Assembly: GCA_963697165.1 (NCBI GenBank)
Contig: CAVOMX010000015.1
Coordinates: 1-46,371, forward strand
Direction of reading: 5' to 3'
From: Candidatus Bathyarchaeota archaeon
GTDB lineage: Archaea; Thermoproteota; Bathyarchaeia; Bathyarchaeales; Bathyarchaeaceae
Length of the DNA stretch: 46,371 nt
This document shows positions 39,144-46,371 of this stretch, piece after piece; position 1 is the first letter of the stretch; each line of letters begins with the position of its first letter. Made by a program: the position numbers and the translations under genes. The notes under the pieces were generated by a model. The model ran no database searches. It had not been told where the DNA came from and was given only the letters and a program-made list of their open reading frames with translations.

Positions 39144-41911
39144 ATGAATATTTCAATAAACAAAACCAAATTAACAGCAACAATCGTTATAACAATATTA
39201 ATGATTTCGGCTTTTACGCTGATGACAAATCAGATTAGAGCTCAAGATGTCGAAGTTGAAGTACCTATTAGCGGACCTATACCAGCAGGCCAGAATGCTA
39301 CTATTCTTATTAGCCCCACAGCACATCTTAGTTTTAGACCTAATCCAGTGGGTCAAAACCAAATATTCTTGGTCAATATCTGGACTACCCCTGGACTCTA
39401 TTCTGGTCGATATCAGCCAGACTACAAGGTTACAATCACAAAACCAAGCGGACAACAGCACGTAGTCACATTGGATTCTTACTATGCAGACGCCACGGCA
39501 TGGTTCGAATGGATTGCCGATGAAATCGGCGACTGGACTATCCGATTCGACTTCCAAGGCACCTACTTCCGCAGAAGGATATTATGAGGGCATAGGATTC
39601 TTTGGAGGAGGCATGACTTATCTTGACTCGGCATACTATGAACCAGCAACCTCTGGAGACTGGACACTTACATGTACAAGAAGACATAGTGTATTCTTGG
39701 CCTGAACCTGGACCTACAGATGAGTATTGGGCAACGACCTGTTGCGGTGGAACACAGAGACTGGTGGCCAATTCTAGGTGCCTGGCCTGGAACAGGCTAT
39801 GTAGGCACAGTCGATCCAAACTGGGACACAACCTATCCTGACACCAACACACGCTGGAGTTCTCAACACAAGTTTACTCCATGGGTACAGGGACCAAACA
39901 GCGCGCACATAGTATGGAAAAGACCAGATGGCACAGCAGGTATGATCGGAGGCCAAGCAACACAATACGGAAACACTGCAGGAGGCAGGATTAGGGTGGC
40001 AGTTTGGGCTAGTCCCGATATAATCTATGCTGGAAGATGCTATGACACATACGAAAGAACCTGGAACCGGTGGAACAACATACTGGAGATGCTATGATAT
40101 ACGAACCGGAGAAGTGTATTGGGAAATGATACCACCGTTGGTACAAGTCCAAGGCTTCTTCTTCGGAACGACATTAGCTGGGTCTAGTCCCTGATACGAT
40201 TGAGTATACTCCTCCATCATTTGAAGAAGTACCCGGTGCAGCAGACAGCTGGAACCTATTCAGTAAGTCTTATGACAATACAAGGTGGACGGCTGTATAA
40301 GTGGGATCCATGGTCCGGAGAAATGACGACTAATGCTACTCTTGATGTTACCTCTGCTACATTCTACAAGAACACAGTAGGCCGTGACACTGGTTCATAT
40401 GCGTTGAGCATACAGAATCTTGGTAACTCTCTGCCCGTTGAGGAAAGATACCGTTTGATTAACTGGACCACTGGAGGATCAAGCAGCAACTTCGCAAACA
40501 GAATAGTGAGCAACACATCCTATGCACGAAGCAGCCTACCTAGTAGAATTGACTGGGAAGCGGTATAGGTGCAAACACAGCAGGTATCTCTCTAGATCAA
40601 GTGTTTGTTGGACAAAGAATCACTGCTTATGACCTATATACTGGTGTGGAACTGTGGACAAAAGAAATTATGGGTGAACCTCTATACAGTGGAAGTTGTT
40701 CAATTGCTGACCACGGAAAAATTGCGATATTATCAGCCAGAGGCTATTATTTAGCTTATGATCTTGCGACAGGAAACTTGGCATGGAAAGGTGAATCTAT
40801 GGATTATCCTTGGGCACAAGCTGGTTTCGGAGCTTACTCTGCAATGTCTGCTTATGGGATGATATTCAGAGAAGCTATGGATGGCATCTACGCTTATGAC
40901 TGGGATGACGGAAGCATAGTCTGGAAGTATGAAGCGCCGGCAAAGTCAGTCTATGAAACTCCATACACTTCAAGTAATAATGGAACGGTTATGCCCTTCT
41001 ACTCTTTCGGTGTAGGCGGTATTATTGCTGATGGCAAATTCTTCACTTGGAACTATGAGCACACAGAAAGCTGGCCAGTTTCAAGGGGATGCGAGTCTTC
41101 ATGCCATTGACGTCTTTACAGGCGAAGCTGTATGGGACATGATGGGATGCACAACTCCTTATGCTATAGCAGATGGTTATCTCGTAGCGGGTAATGCATA
41201 TCTCGGATATGTTTACAGTTACGGAAAGGGTAAGAGCGAAACCACTGTTACTGCACCTGATGTCGCAGTACCCAAAGGAACAGCGTTTACAATAAAGGGA
41301 ACCGTGCTTGATTTGTCACCTGCTCAGCCAGGAACTCCGTGTGTATCTGCAGATTCTATGGATACTCAGATGGAGTACTTGCATATGCAGATGCCAATCG
41401 GCGGACTTGGGGTGACGAAATCGATTGCTGGAGTTCCAGTGACTCTAACTGCTATAGCTCAAGATGGATCATATGTTGATATAGGAACGGTTACAACCGA
41501 TGGCTACTCGGGCACCTTTGGTCATGCATGGACTACCAACAGCAGAAGGCACCTACAAGATCATTGCCTCATTTGAGGGAGACGTTTCCTATGGCAGCTC
41601 ATCAGCTACAACATGGGTAACAGTGGGTCCAGCACCATCACCATCAACACCAATAGAACCTGAACCAACACCGGAGCCTACACCTGCACCAACGCCTACA
41701 CCTGAGCCTACACCTGAACCAACGCCTTCGCCAGAGCCAACACCTGAACCAACGCCTACACCTGAGCCTACACCTGAACCATCGTCCTACAGCCATGAAC
41801 CAACACCTGAAACATCTTTGATAACCACTGAAGTAGCAATCATCGCGGCAGTCGCAATCAGCCAGCATAATTGGCGTAGTCAGCTTTTGGGCACTCAGAA
41901 AACGAAAATAA
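39144..41911 (+). CDS. Large PQQ-like beta-propeller surface protein, multiple indels
   Basis: Signal peptide, [19 protein letters not shown], repeated AYDxxTGxxxW blades, [17 protein letters not shown], a Pro/Thr/Glu linker, and a TM helix ending [12 protein letters not shown] at 41911. Confidence 0.85.
41657..41785 (+). repeat. (PEPT/PT)n linker tandem repeat
   Basis: 6- and 12-nt units with a near-exact 45-nt duplication at 41680 and 41740. Confidence 0.85.
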
Positions 41912-42292
41912 ACCACAATTTTCCCTCCTTTTTTTGGGAGTTAAAGATTATAGGAAGGGACTGAAATGGCTAAAACACAGGACGACTGAAACATGATTCT
42001 CCTCTATTCGGTACGGAGATTGTTTCATCATTCATCAACAACTGTGTTAAAGCCTCAGGAAACCCTTCTTTCTTCATTATTTTTCTTTCTTGTTTCGTGT
42101 AGACAAAATCAGATTCTCCTGTTCTCCTTCTAGACTCAAATGTTAAAAGCAAATTCGTAAGACTTCATTGATTTTATGGATTTGGGTCTACAAGCTTGTA
42201 GAAAAAAGTTGGGTTTTACAATTAACCGTTTTCCCTAAATTGTGATGGAAAGTTAATTGTAATCCTGTCAGGATAAATTCTACAGTTTTTGC

Positions 42293-42850
42293 TCATATGT
42301 TCATGCATATCGCAACGTGTCCTTTCAGTCGCTGATTCGTATCTAAAGTGACAACTTTCAATTGTGCACTCTCAAGTAGGGCAGCAAAGCTTTCTGACGT
42401 AAATTTCTTTTTTAGTCCAGTTACTGCAAACATGGCTTGGGATTTGCTTGATCGTTTCATTTCTGTGATTGTTTTTGTTGGGTCAGGCATGTTTTGGAGG
42501 ACAGTTATAGCAAAGATTTTATCGAAGATGTGGTCGGGGAAGGGCATGTTGTCTGCATCTGCGCGAACAAGAACTATGTTTTGCATATTTTTTGTGCGCT
42601 TTTTTGCTTCTTGAAGAGCCTTCTGGGACACGTCTAATCCCACAAGACGCCCAACTTTTTCTGTGATTGCTTGAAGAGAAAACCTGTTCCGCATCCGAGG
42701 TCTAAAACCAGTTCTTTTGAGCCAAGTCTCATGCTTTTTATGACTGTCCTCTATTTTGGCGTTTTGTTCCCCCAAGTATTGCACATTATAGATTGTTGCT
42801 TGGCGGTCGTAATGTTGCATTGTTAGACGTTTTTCTTTCCATTCCCGCAT
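42293..42850 (-). CDS. Class I SAM-dependent methyltransferase, with two compensating indels
   Basis: GLDVS and ADADNMPFPDHIFD are in frame; motif I ELVLDLGCGTG lies in another frame at about 42680-42715. Confidence 0.85.
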   Translation of the reverse strand: MREWKEKRLTMQHYDRQATIYNVQYLGEQNAKIEDSHKKHETWLKRTGFRPRMRNRFSLQAITEKVGRLVGLDVSQKALQEAKKRTKNMQNIVLVRADADNMPFPDHIFDKIFAITVLQNMPDPTKTITEMKRSSKSQAMFAVTGLKKKFTSESFAALLESAQLKVVTLDTNQRLKGHVAICMNI

Positions 42851-42904
42851 GCTTCTCAGAAGTTTTATTTACCTTCACTCTTCTAAACATTGTCGGCGTT
42901 TCAC

Positions 42905-43696
42905 ATGTCCAACCGAGAACCCGTGAATACTCTAGAAAATCCAACAGTTGAAAATGCAGCGGAGTTCATCAAAACTGCTGTCTCAGAGCATAAAGCCGTA
43001 ATTCTGGTAGGTAACTGCTGGGTAGAGTACAAGGGACGAGCAAGCTCAAAACTGGAACCCGGAGAACGCATCATCATAATTAAAGAAGACGGATCACTTC
43101 TGGTTCACCGGCCCTCAGGATACGAGCCTGTAAACTGGCAACCCTCCGGATGCATCTTCCAAACTAGTGTCAGAGGAGAAACTTTGCGGGTTCGAGCTAC
43201 CCGTCGTAAACCATCCGAGTCTGTCAGCATTTCGTTTGATCAACTTTATCTTCTTTCTGTTATGCGCTTGGTTGACCGAGGAGAATTTAGTTTGCACGCA
43301 AGTGAAGCAGACATGCAGAAGGCAATTTTACTCGATCCATCCCTTTTGGAAGATGGCTTCAATCCTATATCATATGAGAAGAAAGTTGAACCCGGGTTTG
43401 TTGATGTATATGGTGTTGACGCAGACGGGAAGCTGGTTGTGGTTGAACTAAAGAGACGGACGGCAGGGCGGGATGCAGCGTTACAATTGGCGAAGTATGT
43501 TGACTTTGTGAAGACTGTAGCTAATAGAGAGCTTAGGGGAATTCTTGTGGCGCCTCGTTTAGCTAAAGGCCTACAGACGCTCATGGACGGTTTAGGACTG
43601 GAATTCAAAGCTTTGGAACCCAAGAAGTGTGCAGATATTTTGCGGATGTCAGAAACCCGAAAGCTTGCGGATTTTTTTGAGAAGAAACAGCCTTAA
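42905..43696 (+). CDS. nucS: Mismatch endonuclease NucS/EndoMS
   Basis: YKGRASSKL, KEDGSLLVH, PVNWQP, SEADM, VDVYG, VELKR and QLAKY motifs. Confidence 0.95.
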   Translation: MSNREPVNTLENPTVENAAEFIKTAVSEHKAVILVGNCWVEYKGRASSKLEPGERIIIIKEDGSLLVHRPSGYEPVNWQPSGCIFQTSVRGETLRVRATRRKPSESVSISFDQLYLLSVMRLVDRGEFSLHASEADMQKAILLDPSLLEDGFNPISYEKKVEPGFVDVYGVDADGKLVVVELKRRTAGRDAALQLAKYVDFVKTVANRELRGILVAPRLAKGLQTLMDGLGLEFKALEPKKCADILRMSETRKLADFFEKKQP

Positions 43697-43711
43697 TGTT
43701 GCATGTTTTTG

Positions 43712-44035
43712 TTATCTTACGTAGTATGGCTTTTCCTCTTTTTTCAGCTTATTCATGATGTTGATTAACGTATAGTCGAAGTCTTTACCCCATAGGAGCC
43801 ATCGCAGGCCGTGGTAGAAACGTAAAAACTCCAGTCCTTTGTTTGTGGTTCGGTAAAAGTTCTCGGTCTCTTTCTCTACGTTTACAAGCTTCAGAATCAT
43901 CATGACTGGAATGTATTTTTCGAAGCTGCTACGATCTAGGTCGCATCCGGTTATAAGCTCTGATTCTTTTGAGCCCACAGCAGCTACCCGTAAGATGTCG
44001 GCGACAACATCAAACTCCTTTTTATCATTTGTCAT
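43712..44035 (-). CDS. Winged-helix protein, tandem paralog A
   Basis: VVADILR...YRTTNKGLEFLRFYHGLRWLLWGKD. Confidence 0.8.
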   Translation of the reverse strand: MTNDKKEFDVVADILRVAAVGSKESELITGCDLDRSSFEKYIPVMMILKLVNVEKETENFYRTTNKGLEFLRFYHGLRWLLWGKDFDYTLINIMNKLKKEEKPYYVR

Positions 44036-44195
44036 AAACGTATCCCCAAAGCATCATAAATTGTCTTCAAGCAACTTTAACGCTTGTTTCAAAAGTGGTA
44101 ATATGTCAAAGCTGATAGCAGACGTCTCTAGTAATGGAAGTCATCATCTTTGTTTCCTCGTTTGGTTTAGTGCCAAAAGAAAATGATGCATGTTT

Positions 44196-44540
44196 TTAGC
44201 TCACATAAAAAGGAGATTGTTCCTTCCCTTTCATCTGTTCCAGAAGACCCATCAGCATGAAGTCGTTGTCCTTGCCAAATAGAAGCCATCTGAGCCGATG
44301 ATAAGTATTTAGGAATTCTAATCCCTTTTTGGTTGTTTGATATTGTCCTTCATTTTCATCGTTTATCGTGAGCATGCTTAATTCTGCCAATGCTGATAGA
44401 TAATTTTCTATTGACATAGAATCCAATTTACATCGGTCCATTATTTCTCCTTCGTTAGAGCCTTTGGCTGCTGTTCGCAAGATCTCTGCTACAACTTTGA
44501 CTTCATTTTTTTTCTTCGTATTTATACACCGCCAGAGCAA
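44196..44540 (-). CDS. Winged-helix protein, tandem paralog B
   Basis: VVAEILR...YQTTKKGLEFLNTYHRLRWLLFGKD; start uncertain. Confidence 0.8.
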   Translation of the reverse strand: MLWRCINTKKKNEVKVVAEILRTAAKGSNEGEIMDRCKLDSMSIENYLSALAELSMLTINDENEGQYQTTKKGLEFLNTYHRLRWLLFGKDNDFMLMGLLEQMKGKEQSPFYVS

Positions 44541-44966
44541 GATTGTTTATTTAACTGATGTTTGCTGTGGGAGCATTTTAATGCTTATTTCATTACTGTC
44601 AATAGGTAACTAACAGATAGTAAAATATTCTAGTATAAACTCCACTCCCGAAATAACATACTATCATGGAAAAAGAGTGAAAACAGCAACACCCCTTCTT
44701 TACGTTCTCAAAGCGAAGAGGTTGACTAAACGAAGAAAAGCTAGTCTATGATGCACTGGCTAGGCATGCAGTAGCGGCGTTGCTCATTTATTGTGTAATT
44801 AAACAAAAACAAATCTTCTATGAGGCATCATAAAACGGAATCGAAAACTTTAAAGAAATAAATAATCTGTTATAATTTCTGTTCAGCGCATAAGAACCTA
44901 GAGCATACGGAACTAAAAACTATGTTTATCTCTTCAAAATTAAAACAAGTTGGGTTTTTTCTTTTT

Positions 44967-45227
44967 TTATTCTAACTCAAGTCTTCCGTGTGAGGTAATA
45001 GTCACGTGATAAAATTTGAAAGGATTAGTTCCCAATGTTTTCCTTGTTTTTACTCGATCTCTTGTCTCAAGTATCTCAACAGCATCATTGATGTCAGCTG
45101 GATCAAGACCTGATACTCCCTGCAATTCTTTACCTGAAATCCAAGCATCCCCCATTGCGTTTCTTTTGACTTTTGAAAGAGCTACAAGAACTATTTGCAT
45201 ATTTTTTTTGATTGATATTTTCCCCAC
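44967..45227 (-). CDS. Small winged-helix-like protein
   Basis: ELQGVSGLDPADINDAVEILE...ITSHGR. Confidence 0.7.
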   Translation of the reverse strand: MGKISIKKNMQIVLVALSKVKRNAMGDAWISGKELQGVSGLDPADINDAVEILETRDRVKTRKTLGTNPFKFYHVTITSHGRLELE

Positions 45228-45376
45228 TTCCCTGAAAAAAAGTAAAACAATTTCAATACGATGTTACCGTTCTAATTGATAATATAAGTTTTTGTATGAT
45301 TTGTTCATCTCTAAATTTCTTGGAGCTAAGATTCAGCAACTGGTAAAATCAAAAAGAATATGCTAGTTGCAGATAC

Positions 45377-46279
45377 TTAGAATAGAAGATCGACTTTTAA
45401 ATGAGTCAAGTAACCCAAAATCGCATAGAGTGGTACACAAAAAGCCTCTATTAATCCCCCAATCGAAATCGGAAAAGCTGACAAAATAAGAAAACCTGTC
45501 ACAAAAAGAAAGCCTCCATAGATTGCTAGAGACCTGAAATTATGAAATGTCTCAGTTGTCCTCCAGTTTACCTTTATCCCACAGAACAAGAAAATAATAA
45601 ACAATGGAGCAAACACCAGGAGTGCATATGTTTTATACCACGATAAATTCTCATGTAATGTATCTCTTTCGTCTCGGTAAATCCTTCTTCGAAAAATAGC
45701 GGGCAAATCTGGCACGAAATTACTGTATAAAAACAACATAATGCCAACCAACATAGTGTCCAAAGCGTTTTGCCCAAAAAAACAGAACTCTACAAAAACA
45801 TACAGAATGCTTAAGGGAAAAACAATCCATTTGAAAACTTTAGTCAGCAGATGCACATGCTCAAAAGTCTCAATTTTCATAAACCTATAACCAATTTTTG
45901 CCCTAACTTTTCGATTAATTCTTGTGAAATAGCCGAACACTAACCCGTAAAGGTCTTCATACAGAGATCGAGACACAGAACGAGAAAACCTTTTCATTCC
46001 TGGATAAGTTAACTTTCGCCTAAAAAATGGATAAGCCTTTTTTCGTAGAACATAATCAAGAAAAGGTATCCATACAAAAAACAACACAATAAGAGTAATG
46101 TTAATATATTTTCCACCACCCCAAACATGATACGGCAGCGGACTTCCTACTTCTTGGGCACCAACCAATTCACAATATTTTTCATATTCTTGGAGTGAAG
46201 AATAAACTGGACCAATCCAAATCCCTGTTCCTCCTATAAGGAGCACAATACCAAGAAAAATCAGGAGATTTTTCATCAC
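45377..46279 (-). CDS. Multi-pass membrane protein with a metal-dependent-hydrolase-like C-terminal domain
   Basis: EH, PDL, FHN and GYLTHLKVD are spaced as in YdjM-like families; extra N-terminal 2-TM region. Confidence 0.65.
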   Translation of the reverse strand: MMKNLLIFLGIVLLIGGTGIWIGPVYSSLQEYEKYCELVGAQEVGSPLPYHVWGGGKYINITLIVLFFVWIPFLDYVLRKKAYPFFRRKLTYPGMKRFSRSVSRSLYEDLYGLVFGYFTRINRKVRAKIGYRFMKIETFEHVHLLTKVFKWIVFPLSILYVFVEFCFFGQNALDTMLVGIMLFLYSNFVPDLPAIFRRRIYRDERDTLHENLSWYKTYALLVFAPLFIIFLFCGIKVNWRTTETFHNFRSLAIYGGFLFVTGFLILSAFPISIGGLIEAFCVPLYAILGYLTHLKVDLLF

Positions 46280-46371
46280 TATTATCTTCTATCTGCTTTG
46301 ATGTTTATACTGAAATTGACTTTTAGCTTTTGGCGTTGATCTGAAACCGTTTAACCCGGATGTTTTTGCAT

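Noticed and set aside
41644..41916. Arg/Cys/Trp-rich ORF resembling an antimicrobial peptide
   Set aside because: It is the antisense reading of the PEPT repeat linker.
1081..42850. Many split genes read as programmed frameshifting or mass pseudogenisation
   Set aside because: Single-base indels hit unrelated genes including elp3, several in homopolymers, with no shared slippery motif, and the frames rejoin cleanly. Sequencing error is the simplest explanation.
44690..44790. Possible structured ncRNA or tRNA
   Set aside because: Only short imperfect stems; no cloverleaf, T-loop or recognisable family motif.

Overview
Archaeal genomic window, most likely Bathyarchaeia. This is inferred from gatDE, endA, nucS, the archaeal PGI/PMI, GGTGA Shine-Dalgarno sites, a dockerin-bearing secreted protein and a large PQQ-like beta-propeller surface protein. 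Many genes carry single-base indels, including the conserved elp3, which points to uncorrected long-read errors rather than biology. Layout: (1) 0.2-15.9 kb is an accessory region of small and secreted-protein genes, a class II CPD photolyase, a probable decayed cas1 3' remnant and several small ORFs missed by the ORF track. (2) 16.0-28.5 kb is an alpha-glucan/sugar cluster: GH13_8-type branching enzyme, ppsA, two GT4 enzymes, GalT-like protein, LMW phosphatase, flippase and PGI/PMI. (3) 28.6-38.7 kb is a core translation block: glyS, DUF47, endA, gatE, gatD, elp3. (4) 39-46 kb holds the beta-propeller protein, a methyltransferase, nucS, tandem wHTH paralogs and a membrane protein. I saw no rRNA, tRNA or CRISPR array. 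The most notable signals are a GC-rich pseudo-palindrome TGCG-NN-CGCW recurring at gene boundaries of the accessory region, the orphan cas1 fragment, two paralogous 44-aa microproteins with a conserved promoter, and two recurrent operator-like palindromes. All alignments were done by eye and no searches were run.
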